Positions 41,873 through 51,197 of a DNA stretch of 60,710 nt are shown in pieces. Location: contig JBJHDK010000006.1 in the NCBI GenBank assembly GCA_050486505.1, positions 1 through 60,710 on the forward strand. Direction: 5' to 3'. Position 1 is the first letter of the stretch. Each line of letters begins with the position of its first letter. The notes under the pieces were generated by a model that saw nothing but the letters and a program-made list of their open reading frames with translations, searched no databases and was not told where the DNA came from. Position numbers and translations under genes: made by a program. The DNA comes from Fibrobacteria bacterium. Lineage in GTDB: Bacteria > Fibrobacterota > Fibrobacteria > UBA11236.

Positions 41873-42554
41873 AGACGATCTTGCGCTGGTCGCTCGCAAG
41901 TTAGGTGATCTTCATGAACGATGCTTTCTTGCTGGCGGGACCAGCATTCCTTTTTACCTCGACCAGGAACCAGTAGACCCACCGCGCATGACATACGATA
42001 TCGATGTGGTGATCGAGGTCGCAAGTAAAGTGGAGTTTTTGAGTCAGATCGAAAGCAAACTAAAGACGAGCGGGTTCGTTCACGATGTTTCAGAAGGGGC
42101 TCCAATATGCAGATGGCGCCTCGCGAACATCATCGTGGATATCATGCCAACTGATGAAGACATTCTGGGGTTCTCAAACCCTTGGTATAGGGCCGGCAAA
42201 GACCATCTCACAGCGGTTCAAATCACAGAGGATTGTAGCTGGAAAATCATGGGTGCACCATATGCACTTGCCAGCAAACTCACAGCCTTCTGGGCGCGTG
42301 GAGCGAGCGATCCCAAAGCGAGTCACGATCTGGAAGATATTGTGAGTATCCTGTATGGTCGACGTGCAATCGTGGCTGAAGTGTTGGGTTCACCCGAGGA
42401 TTGTCGGAGCTACATCATGGACTGCTGCGATCGAATCCTGTCGAACGAACGACTGGAGGACGCGATTGAAAGCCACATTCTTCCTGATAACTTCGCGACG
42501 GATCGATTAAAGGTCGTGAAGGAGAAAATGAGAGCGATCAGAACAGGACGGTAA
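41853..42554 (+). CDS. Nucleotidyltransferase-fold (AbiEii-like) toxin
   Basis: 'FLAGG', 'RMTYDIDVV', 'VDIMP', 'KL.AF..RG', 'SHDLEDI'. Confidence 0.75.
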   Translation: MQHAPTKDDLALVARKLGDLHERCFLAGGTSIPFYLDQEPVDPPRMTYDIDVVIEVASKVEFLSQIESKLKTSGFVHDVSEGAPICRWRLANIIVDIMPTDEDILGFSNPWYRAGKDHLTAVQITEDCSWKIMGAPYALASKLTAFWARGASDPKASHDLEDIVSILYGRRAIVAEVLGSPEDCRSYIMDCCDRILSNERLEDAIESHILPDNFATDRLKVVKEKMRAIRTGR

Positions 42555-42640
42555 GCCGCACCCTTCACGGACGTTCGGCACCCCCATTGATGCCCGTCCG
42601 TCGAGCCTGTAACCCTCTACCGTTCCCAGCGGATGAATTT

Positions 42641-42976
42641 TCAGCGAGGGCGCACGCGGTAGCCGACGGCGAGGATGGCGGGAAGGCTGTAGTGCTCAAG
42701 GTCGCGGGAAACCTGTCGCGCTCCTTCTGTTCGAACTATCCGGAATTTCCGGAGAGTTGCTGCTTTATCAAGTTCACCTTCGTCGTAAATGTTTCCCAGG
42801 TGCTCGTTGATTGTCCGCAGATCCTTCTGAAACAGTTCGGCGATTTGCGCCTGGGTGAGCCAGAGCGTTTCGTCCTCAAGGCGACACTGGACGCGCGTTT
42901 GGCCATCCTCGGTCTGGTAGAGGAGAATTTCGCCGAGGTGAATATCCGACGGTGTCGGCGAGGATTTTTTCGGCAT
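42641..42976 (-). pseudogene. Truncated RhuM-family protein
   Basis: 'ETLWLTQAQIAELF..INEHL.NIY.EGEL..ILAVGYRV' followed by a stop at 111 aa. Confidence 0.8.
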
Positions 42977-43067
42977 TTCGGCCTCCAGGAGCCCCCAATC
43001 TACTGCACATAGAGGCAGTATTCAAGCGGTCGCTGGGGGCTTGGCGACCTTGGCATTCGCGAGCGTC

Positions 43068-44153
43068 TCAGCCCGCGAGAATCGCGTAGAGCGCGGTGTT
43101 CACGTACAGGTTGGTGCGCCCCGACTTGCGCTTTTCCAAAATCCCGTCCGCTGCCAGGGTGTCGAGGTATTTGGTCGCGGTGAGCCGCGCGATGCCGAGC
43201 TCCTGTTCAAGAAACTGCACCTTGGTGTACGGGTGCGAGAAGAGGCTGTCCACGAGGTCCTGGCTGTAGAAGCGGTGGCCCGCGCGGATTCGACGGCGCG
43301 TGTCTTCCATGGCGTCGAGGATGGCCCGCAAGGTGTCGACGGTGCCGCGCGCGGTGACTTCGACCGTTCGCAGCATGTAGGTGACCCAGTCTTCCCACGC
43401 GTCTGCGGTGCGCGCGGTTTGCAGGAGCCGGTAGTAGTCGGCCTTGGTGCGTACGATGTGCCGGCTGTGGTACAGGATGGGCGCGTCGAGCAGGCCCTGC
43501 TTGACGAGGTAGAGGACGTTGAGGATGCGGCCCGTGCGCCCGTTGCCGTCGTAGAAGGGGTGGATGCTTTCGAACTGGTGGTGCGCGAGCGCCATCTTGA
43601 TGAGCGGGTCGGCGGGGAACCGCGCGTCGTCGTTGAGGAACAGCTCGAGGTCGCGCATGGCAGCGCGGATGGCCTCGGGATCCTGCGGCGGGGTGTAGAC
43701 GGTGTTGCCGGCGGCGTCCTTGAGGACGGTTCCGGGGACGGTGCGGAAGCCGGCGCTGTTTTGAAGCAGTTCAGCCTGAATGGCGAGGATGTGATTGAGG
43801 GTGATGAGCCCGGTTTCGCGCACGGCGTTGTATCCGGTTTGCAGGGCGGCTCGGTACCGCAGGATTTCCTTGGCGGCGGGGTTTCCTCCGGCTTCGCGGA
43901 GGGCGTCGTCGCGGAAGAGTTCGTCATGGGTGGTGACGATGTTTTCGATGGCGGAGCTGTCTTTGGCTTCCTGGAGCCCCAAGGCGTTGATGAGGATGCC
44001 GGGGCGGGGCACGGCGAGACCAAGCCCTTTCAGTTCGGCGAGTTGGCGGTTGGCGGCGGCCAATGCCTTGAGCACGGGGCCTGTTTCAAAGCGCTCCGGG
44101 TTCAGGGCCGTGAGGGAGGAGAGTTGGGGTTTTTCGCTGTTTTCGAGGGGCAT
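43068..44153 (-). CDS. Fic family AMPylase with N-terminal inhibitory motif and C-terminal wHTH
   Basis: 'SSAIEN'; 'HPFYDGNGRTGR'. Confidence 0.95.
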   Translation of the reverse strand: MPLENSEKPQLSSLTALNPERFETGPVLKALAAANRQLAELKGLGLAVPRPGILINALGLQEAKDSSAIENIVTTHDELFRDDALREAGGNPAAKEILRYRAALQTGYNAVRETGLITLNHILAIQAELLQNSAGFRTVPGTVLKDAAGNTVYTPPQDPEAIRAAMRDLELFLNDDARFPADPLIKMALAHHQFESIHPFYDGNGRTGRILNVLYLVKQGLLDAPILYHSRHIVRTKADYYRLLQTARTADAWEDWVTYMLRTVEVTARGTVDTLRAILDAMEDTRRRIRAGHRFYSQDLVDSLFSHPYTKVQFLEQELGIARLTATKYLDTLAADGILEKRKSGRTNLYVNTALYAILAG

Positions 44154-44288
44154 GAGGGGCAATGTATATAAATATCGCAAATATACATGCATGTTTATTG
44201 GATATGCATAGAATTGATGCGTATCCCGAAAGGGGAGGAATTTGGTGCCCCCCTCCAACTGCGCGATCCAGATAGCCTGATGAACAGC

Positions 44289-45008
44289 CTACTTGGCTGC
44301 GAGAAAAAGCCGCACCACGGGGCGATCCTGGCTGCCGTTGACGCGCACGATCGTGGCGGTGACGCGACCCTCTACCACCAGGCGGCCGATGGCCGCGGCC
44401 TGAAGGCGAGGAATGTGCCCGAGCTTGTTGCCTTGCCACAGAACATCAACGGCGTTGTCATCCTTGGGATGCGGCCGGCATTCCAAAGCTACAGTGTCGC
44501 CGACCGAGAGCTGCTCCACCTGGACATTCGCTTCGTGACGGAATCCGGCGACTTCGACGACGATTTCATAGGGCGTTTCAAAATCTTCGAGGGGAAGCAG
44601 GATGGCGAAGTCGTCGGAGGGGAGCCGGGCACCGGTGTAGCCGAGCAGGGCGAAGTCGGAGAGTATGGCATTCTCTGGCAGCCGGAACATGCCGAGGTAT
44701 TCGGGAAAGTCCTTGCGGCTGCGGGGAGGGAGTCGCTTGAGAAAGCTTTCGAGCACATTGGTCTTGTGGACCTGCTGCTTGATGGGGAAGGCGGGGTGAC
44801 CGGTGAAGCCTTGGCGGACAGCCTCCTCGTAGTCGATGGTGCCGACGAGGTAGGTGAGGATCACGGATTCGTCGTTCGAGTCGCGGGTCAATTCGCCAAC
44901 GAGCCGCCAGGTGCGGGGTTGTGGGAACGGGCGCCACGCAAACATCAACCGACGCGGATCGTGGATGTGTCGGATTTCGAGTGACGTCATTCCAATCAGA
45001 TCATCCAT
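44289..45008 (-). CDS. HIRAN domain protein with HipA-N-like N-terminal region
   Basis: 'F.KRLPPRSRKDF', 'LLGYTGARLPSD'; HIRAN 'VAGFRH..P.HPKDDNAV..KLGHIPR'. Confidence 0.8.
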   Translation of the reverse strand: MDDLIGMTSLEIRHIHDPRRLMFAWRPFPQPRTWRLVGELTRDSNDESVILTYLVGTIDYEEAVRQGFTGHPAFPIKQQVHKTNVLESFLKRLPPRSRKDFPEYLGMFRLPENAILSDFALLGYTGARLPSDDFAILLPLEDFETPYEIVVEVAGFRHEANVQVEQLSVGDTVALECRPHPKDDNAVDVLWQGNKLGHIPRLQAAAIGRLVVEGRVTATIVRVNGSQDRPVVRLFLAAK

Positions 45009-45009
45009 G

Positions 45010-46179
45010 TCATTGTGGGGTCGTTCGCAGCACCAGCAGGTGTGCGCCTCCTCGCTTTGGAACACGTTCCTTGCCGGTAAGGCCTCTCACTTCAATCGTC
45101 CCATCGCCTACCCATGCTTTGATCCACTCCTTTAGATCTTTCTCCCAAACGAGTGGTTGTTCGCATGTGATCTCGAGGGCGTTATCATAGGGGAGCGCGT
45201 TTCGTTTGCTTAACTCTACCCAAACCTCTTGCTTTGCGATGTCGAGATACCGTTGACGGAGCTCCCGGTAGTAGCGGTGCTCAAATGGAAGCGGATCACT
45301 CGAAAACAAATCTTCTTGTCCAAGTGCTGAGCGCCCTTTGGCCTCTGCATCGGCACGCGCCTGCTCCTGGGCCTCCATTGCGGCTTTCTCGGCGCCCTTA
45401 AAGACTTCAACGCCTTTGGGATTTCGCGTTGCATAGATGAGATTGAAATGCGTTCGGTCCTTATTCGGGTGCAGGACAATGGCAGAGCAGACGTGATCAA
45501 AGCCGCCGGCCCTCTGGACAGTTTGGGAGTACTCCCGGACAATCGCGTCGCGTCGATCTTGGCCTTCGAGTCCCAAGATCCTTTCCCTGAACCCGGATGA
45601 TCCGAAGAGCTGCTTGAAGCTTTCCTGTGTGCTTTCCACATCGATGAACCGGTTGATGTAATTCATCATGAAATTGATGAGCACCTCTCCTGGCTTGTAT
45701 GCAAGGAGCGGGCGAATCGTATTCATGGAAAACCCCGTCCAACCGGTCGGATCAATGAAGAAAAATGGAAAAGACTTGTTTCCTCCTGCTTTGACGAAGT
45801 CCAGGATTTCCGAAATGGAATCTTCAAGCTTTCCCTTGTGCGCCTTGATTTCGGCGTCGTTAATTTTGTCAGCATACTCCTGGAGCTTCTTGTATGCCGA
45901 AGCGTCTTCTTCGAGAAAGAAGCAGCGAACCTTAAGTGAGCGACCATGCGCGGCCAAGGTGTACTTGGCCTTACGGAGCTCGGCCAGGGCGATGTGAAAT
46001 GAGGTGTCTTCGTATTTGTCAGAGTTTTGCTTCCACGGCCCGGAGAAGCAGTCAACGTAGGTGATGGTATCCCAATGCGCATAGCCCACAATGCGGGCGA
46101 ACCGCTCCAGATATTTCTGGAGCACGATGTGTTTGATCCGCGTTTGTTCGCGGCCATCGTAGTGAATCGAGTCGGTCAT
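45010..46179 (-). CDS. tcmP: Three-Cys-motif partner protein (TcmP, methyltransferase-like fold)
   Basis: 'T.IKHIVLQKYL', 'YVDCFSGP', 'FFFIDPTG', 'EVLINFM', 'LIYATRNPKG'; GTATGA/ATGA coupling to DUF5131. Confidence 0.85.
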   Translation of the reverse strand: MTDSIHYDGREQTRIKHIVLQKYLERFARIVGYAHWDTITYVDCFSGPWKQNSDKYEDTSFHIALAELRKAKYTLAAHGRSLKVRCFFLEEDASAYKKLQEYADKINDAEIKAHKGKLEDSISEILDFVKAGGNKSFPFFFIDPTGWTGFSMNTIRPLLAYKPGEVLINFMMNYINRFIDVESTQESFKQLFGSSGFRERILGLEGQDRRDAIVREYSQTVQRAGGFDHVCSAIVLHPNKDRTHFNLIYATRNPKGVEVFKGAEKAAMEAQEQARADAEAKGRSALGQEDLFSSDPLPFEHRYYRELRQRYLDIAKQEVWVELSKRNALPYDNALEITCEQPLVWEKDLKEWIKAWVGDGTIEVRGLTGKERVPKRGGAHLLVLRTTPQ

Positions 46180-46967
46180 ACACCTGCGACAAGTCGATGT
46201 CTCCTCAAAGGCTCGCCTTGGTGGTCTGCAAGAGAGGTTTCGGCCATGAGGGGAAACGCATCATAAGTGCGCCCATCGAGTTCGCGTCCTGTTAGGGATT
46301 TGCGTGGGCCGCCCCACTGTTTGAAGAAGAAGGCGACGCCGGCTTTGTCGCACTGGTCACGGATGGAACGCACCCAGCTCGGATCCAACGGGCGTGCGCC
46401 ATGCCCACTTTCTCCACCGACGATGACCCACTTGATGCCTTTGAGATTGAGCTTCCCGAGTCCTTCGAGCAAAGGTTCGATGGAAAGAAATGGTACCGAA
46501 GGCGAGGCAGCACGAAGACTGTCGATTCGCGGCACGCCTTGTTTGCGGTTTTCGACGCTGACACCCCACCAGATATGCGAGGCATCCGCGGCTTCGCGTA
46601 AAGGGCCTGCGAGAAGCTTGGCCATGCGGTCTGCCCGCTTGGTGAGGACCTGATAGGTGTGCCAGTTGGCACGCAGCATCACGTCACAGACTTTGGTGAT
46701 GTAGCTGTCCGGAATTTTCGGGTGAAACAGATCACTCATCGAGTTGACGAAGATCTTTTTCGGCGCACCCCACTTGAGAGGTTCCTCCAGTTTTTCCGGA
46801 ACGATCCGGAGGTCGAAACCGTTTTCGAAGGGGTGGCCGGGTACGCCGCGGAATCGCTCGGCGAAAGTTTCGGCGTAACAGTGCTTGCAGCCTGCACTGA
46901 TCTTGGTGCAGCCCCTTACAGGGTTCCAAGTGGCATCAGTCCACTCTATTTTCGAAGAGCTGCTCAT
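46176..46967 (-). CDS. DUF5131 / phage Gp37-Gp68 family radical-SAM-like protein
   Basis: 'IEWTDATWNPVRGCTKISAGCKHCYA' (CX6CX2C), 'FVNSMSDLFH', 'WVIVGGESG', 'FFFKQWGG'. Confidence 0.95.
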   Translation of the reverse strand: MSSSSKIEWTDATWNPVRGCTKISAGCKHCYAETFAERFRGVPGHPFENGFDLRIVPEKLEEPLKWGAPKKIFVNSMSDLFHPKIPDSYITKVCDVMLRANWHTYQVLTKRADRMAKLLAGPLREAADASHIWWGVSVENRKQGVPRIDSLRAASPSVPFLSIEPLLEGLGKLNLKGIKWVIVGGESGHGARPLDPSWVRSIRDQCDKAGVAFFFKQWGGPRKSLTGRELDGRTYDAFPLMAETSLADHQGEPLRRHRLVAGV

Positions 46968-47049
46968 ACGTGCAGTAAGTCTAGTGCGTTTTCCATCAAA
47001 ATTCCAGATGATTCGCGAGATTCTTTGAAGAGGATTGATTTCTGTTGCA

Positions 47050-48123
47050 TTACTCCTCGTCCTGCGCCGCAACCGTCCAGATTCTCTTGAGCGGCAATTC
47101 GGCATGCAGGTCTTCATCGAGCTTGTCGTAGGTCGCGAAGAGCTGTTCGAGGATTTCCTTCTGGCTCCAAAGACGGATGCGGAAGAAGCGGTTGGCGAGT
47201 TCCTTGTAGACGTTGTTCTTGAAGCCGCCCCATGACACGAAAAGGGCGGCGTCGGCCTTGGTGTTGTCCATGGCGCCGAGAAGCTGATCGACTTCGGGCC
47301 TGCCGACCGGGGATTCTTGCGATTTGACCTGAACGCAGATGCGGGGTGAGCCGAAACCGAGCGCCCCTGCTCCGGCGAGGATGTCGATGCCGCCGTCGGG
47401 GCCGGCTGGGCTGAGGTAGGTGGTGTAGCCTTGGGCCTTGAGGATGGCGTCAATCAGGCGGGAGAGGTCGTGGCCACTGAACTTGGCGCGGACGAGTTGG
47501 GCGATCTGGTCGCGGCCCGATTCTTCCAAGTCGCTGGGTTCGTCGGTTTCGTCGGCGATGTCATCGGCAATCGCATCGGCTAACGCGGTCTTTTTCGCGG
47601 ACTTTCCACCTGTGACGCCCTTGAAGCCGGGATCAGCTTGCCATTTGGAGGCGCGCATGGCCAGTATGCGTTCTTCGGCGTTGTTGCGATGGATGCGGCA
47701 GATGGTCATGAACGCGCCGAAGCTGTGGAGCAGGTCTTGCCCGAATTGGGTTCGCGGGATGGCTTCGCCGATCCATTTGACGGAACGCCAGTGATAAAAG
47801 GGGTTGGGCCCTTTGGATTCGAAGACGTAGTCTCCGGTGATTTCAGCGATATGGATGGCGTTTTGTTGCTTGGAGGGAAGAATGATGAGGTCACCCTTTT
47901 TCATGGCGTGAGCGAAGGGGTAAACCTGGCTGGCGTGGTTGCGGAGGCGCTTGGGTTTGGCGTCGGGGTAGATTTCCCGCATGATGCCTTCCAAGGCTTC
48001 GCGGTTAGCAAGTTTGGAGAGGTCGTGATTGAGGTGATTCCAAGTAACATAGACGCGCTTCTCATCGAGAAACTTTTGTTCGTGTTCGCCGTGCCCGCCG
48101 GCGCGGATGAGCCAGATTGCCAT
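47050..48123 (-). CDS. mrr: Mrr-family restriction endonuclease
   Basis: N-terminal 'WLIRAG..GE' domain; catalytic 'DGGIDILA..VQVK'. Confidence 0.88.
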   Translation of the reverse strand: MAIWLIRAGGHGEHEQKFLDEKRVYVTWNHLNHDLSKLANREALEGIMREIYPDAKPKRLRNHASQVYPFAHAMKKGDLIILPSKQQNAIHIAEITGDYVFESKGPNPFYHWRSVKWIGEAIPRTQFGQDLLHSFGAFMTICRIHRNNAEERILAMRASKWQADPGFKGVTGGKSAKKTALADAIADDIADETDEPSDLEESGRDQIAQLVRAKFSGHDLSRLIDAILKAQGYTTYLSPAGPDGGIDILAGAGALGFGSPRICVQVKSQESPVGRPEVDQLLGAMDNTKADAALFVSWGGFKNNVYKELANRFFRIRLWSQKEILEQLFATYDKLDEDLHAELPLKRIWTVAAQDEE

Positions 48124-48218
48124 GCTTGGTCCTTTTTGGTTCTCTTGTACCGCCTCGCTCGGAAATAATAACTGCCCCAACTACATTGAAATTCACCTAC
48201 TTCACCTCTGGAACTCTT

Positions 48219-50348
48219 ATGTCCTACTCCGAAATCGTCAGTTTTCTCTGGAACGTCGCCAATCTGATCCGCGACACCTTCAAGCGCGGCAAGTATCAGG
48301 ACGTCATTCTCCCCCTGACCGTTCTCCGCCGTCTCGATTCCGTGCTGGCCCCGACCAAGGAAAAGGTGCTGGCCAAGCACGCCGAACTGAAAGAGCGGAA
48401 GCTGGACAATATCGAAGGCCCGCTCTCCAAGGCATCGGGCTACGCTTTCTACAACACCTCGAAGTTCACGTTCGACCGTTTGACGGCGGACTCCACCAAT
48501 GTGGCCAAGAACCTGCGGAACTACATCGCCGGATTCAGCCAGAACATGCGCGAGGTGATCGAGAAGTTCGACTTCGACAACACGATCACCAAGCTGGACG
48601 AGGCGGGGCTTTTGTTCCAGGTGCTGGGCGAGTTCAAGAAGGTCGACTTGCACCCTGACCGGGTGGACAACGCCACCATGGGCACGATTTTCGAGGAGTT
48701 GATCCGCAAGTTCAACGAAGCGCTTGATGAAAATCCCGGGGAGCACTTCACGCCGCGCGACGTGGTGCACCTCATGGTGGATTTGATGCTGGCCGGCGAT
48801 GAGAAAGAGCTTCGCGGAAAGGGTTTGGTCCGGACCGTGTACGACCCTTGCTGCGGTTCGGGTGGGATGCTGACCATCGCCAAGGAGCATATCGCCGAGG
48901 GCATCAGCAAAGAGTTGACTTTGCTCAAGCCGCCCATCAATCCCGATGTGGATGTTCACCTGTTCGGACAGGAGGTCAACCCCGAGACCTTCGCCGTGTG
49001 CAAGTCGGATCTATACATGAAATCGAAAACGGGCCGGGAGGCGGACCGTATCCTGTTCGGCAGCACGTTGTCCAACGACCGCCACGCCGGACGCAAGTTC
49101 GACTATCAGATTGCCAATCCGCCATACGGGAAAGACTGGAAGCGCGACGAGAAGGTGGTTCGTGCGGAATACGAAAAAGGCGCCTCGGGCCGCTTCGGGG
49201 CTGGTCTGCCGCGCATCAGCGATGGCCAGATCCTGTTCCTGCAGCATCTTGTCCACCACATGCAGCCGGTAAAGGATGGCGGCGGGCGTGCGGTGATCAT
49301 CATGAACGGGTCGCCCTTGTTCACAGGGGATGCCGGGAGTGGTGAAAGCGAAATCCGCCGCTGGGTCCTCGAGAACGACCTGCTCGAAGCCCTGATTGCC
49401 TTGCCCGAGCAGATGTTCTACAACACGGGTATTTCCACCTATGTGTGGGTGCTCAGCAACCGGAAGGCGAAGGCGCGTAAGGGGAAGGTGCAGCTCATCG
49501 ACGCCTCCTCGTTCTGGGTGTCGATGCGCAAGAGCTTGGGCGACAAGCGGCGGGAGATTCCGTTCGACAAGGCGCAAGAGATTTTGGCCTTGCATGCCGG
49601 GTTCAAGGACGGCGACGCGCGTAAGGTCAAGAAGGATGGGGTGGAGGAAGAGACCGTCGTCTCCAAGGTGTTCCCCACCACCCATTTCGGCTACCGCAAG
49701 ATCACCGTGGAGCGACCCCTACGTTTGAATTTTCAGGTAACCTCCGAGCGGTTGGCGCGGCTGGATGATGAGGCCGGGTTCCGCAATCTGGCGGTATCGA
49801 AGAAGAAAACCGGCTCAGTGGCGAAAGAGAAGGAGGAGACGGAAGGCCGCAAGGAACAACAGGCCATCCTGTCGATTCTGAAAACCCTCCCGGATACGTT
49901 GTTCCTGGATCGGAAGAAGTTCGTGGCGGCGTTGGAGGGAGCGTTCGCCAAAGCGAAGGTGAAGCTGGCTGCACCCGTGCGCAAGGCGATTCTTTCTGCA
50001 CTTTCGGAGAGGGACGAGAAGGCGGAGATTTGCCGGGATGCGCAGGGCCATCCGGAACCCGACTCCGAATTGCGGGATACCGAAAACGTTCCGCTCTCCG
50101 AGGACGTTCATGCTTTCTTCGAGCGGGAGGTGAAGCCGCATGTGCCCGATGCCTGGATCGACGAGAGCAAGCGGGACCCGAAAGACGGCAAGGTGGGGAT
50201 GGTGGGGTACGAGATCAACTTCAACCGGTACTTCTACAAGTACACCCCGCCCCGGCCGCTGGAGGACATCGAGCAGGAGATCCGGGAGATCGAGAAGGAC
50301 ATCGTCCGGATGTTGGCGGATGTGACCGGGAGCGGGGTCGCAGGGTAG
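48219..50348 (+). CDS. hsdM: Type I R-M methyltransferase (m6A)
   Basis: 'GEHFTPR', 'YDPCCGSGGML', 'ANPPY', 'FYNTGI', 'GYEINFNRYFY'. Confidence 0.96.
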   Translation: MSYSEIVSFLWNVANLIRDTFKRGKYQDVILPLTVLRRLDSVLAPTKEKVLAKHAELKERKLDNIEGPLSKASGYAFYNTSKFTFDRLTADSTNVAKNLRNYIAGFSQNMREVIEKFDFDNTITKLDEAGLLFQVLGEFKKVDLHPDRVDNATMGTIFEELIRKFNEALDENPGEHFTPRDVVHLMVDLMLAGDEKELRGKGLVRTVYDPCCGSGGMLTIAKEHIAEGISKELTLLKPPINPDVDVHLFGQEVNPETFAVCKSDLYMKSKTGREADRILFGSTLSNDRHAGRKFDYQIANPPYGKDWKRDEKVVRAEYEKGASGRFGAGLPRISDGQILFLQHLVHHMQPVKDGGGRAVIIMNGSPLFTGDAGSGESEIRRWVLENDLLEALIALPEQMFYNTGISTYVWVLSNRKAKARKGKVQLIDASSFWVSMRKSLGDKRREIPFDKAQEILALHAGFKDGDARKVKKDGVEEETVVSKVFPTTHFGYRKITVERPLRLNFQVTSERLARLDDEAGFRNLAVSKKKTGSVAKEKEETEGRKEQQAILSILKTLPDTLFLDRKKFVAALEGAFAKAKVKLAAPVRKAILSALSERDEKAEICRDAQGHPEPDSELRDTENVPLSEDVHAFFEREVKPHVPDAWIDESKRDPKDGKVGMVGYEINFNRYFYKYTPPRPLEDIEQEIREIEKDIVRMLADVTGSGVAG

Positions 50349-50368
50349 GCCCGGTCGGAAAGCGACCC

Positions 50369-50395
50369 CGTCATGCCCGCGCAGGCGGGCATCCA
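50369..50395. repeat. REP-like palindrome
   Basis: CGTCATGCCCGC-GCAG-GCGGGCATCCA immediately after hsdM. Confidence 0.65.
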
Positions 50396-50588
50396 GACGG
50401 CATAGGGTTCATGGGTACGTGGGTGCTGAAATTTTGTGATTTCAGCCAAAATTTACGGAAATGTCGGCATTTTCAGGGAATGTGTCGACCTTTTGGTTTT
50501 TATTCCCGACTATTAATATTCAATAAAAAACCAAAATAAACGCATTTTTTACGTAAATGTTGCATTTTATAATTGAACTTCAACATTT

Positions 50589-51197
50589 ATGAATATCTTT
50601 GCCTCCATGTACGACCCGGGCACCCTGATCGCCGAACTCCCCCCCATGTTCCGCTTTCGGGACGTGGAGGCCTATGGTGTGCCCAGGCCACGCCTGGAGC
50701 AGTGGCTGGAGTCCGGCGAGGTGGAGAAGCTCGACCGCGGCCTTTACCGCAAGACCTCGGCCCCCGTCACGGAGCACGAAACCCGCGCCATGGTGGCGGC
50801 GCGCGTTCCCGGTTCGGTGATGTGCCTGATGACGGCCCTGAACTTCCACGAGATCGGCACGCAGCTTCCGCGCCATGTGTGGATCGCCGTGCCGACCCGT
50901 GCCCGCATTCCCAAGACGAACCTGCCGGTGCGCGTGGTGCGCTTTTCGCCCGCGATGATGCGGGTGGGGGTGGAGGAGCACATTCTGCAGGGCGTGCCCG
51001 TGAAGGTGACCAGCCCGGCTCGCACGGTGGCGGATTGCTTTCGCATGCGCAAGGTAGTGGGCATCGATGTCACCATCGAGGCGCTCCGTGAAACGCTCCG
51101 GTACCGGAAGGCCACTCCCGATCAGATCCTGCGGGCGGCGGAGGTTTCTCGCGTCCGGAAGCTGATCGAACCTTATCTGGATACGCTGCTCGCATGA
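50589..51197 (+). CDS. abiEi: AbiEi family type IV antitoxin
   Basis: 'GEVEKLDRGLY', 'CLMTALNFH', 'TSPARTVADCF'; start 50589 or 50607. Confidence 0.9.
   Translation: MNIFASMYDPGTLIAELPPMFRFRDVEAYGVPRPRLEQWLESGEVEKLDRGLYRKTSAPVTEHETRAMVAARVPGSVMCLMTALNFHEIGTQLPRHVWIAVPTRARIPKTNLPVRVVRFSPAMMRVGVEEHILQGVPVKVTSPARTVADCFRMRKVVGIDVTIEALRETLRYRKATPDQILRAAEVSRVRKLIEPYLDTLLA

Noticed and set aside
46176-46967. Prophage, suggested by the 'phage Gp37/Gp68' family name
   Set aside because: No structural, packaging or lysis genes; the context is a defence island.
46968-47453. N-terminal extension of the DUF5131 ORF in the ORF track
   Set aside because: It overlaps mrr in another frame; the family starts at MSSSSKIEWTD (46967).
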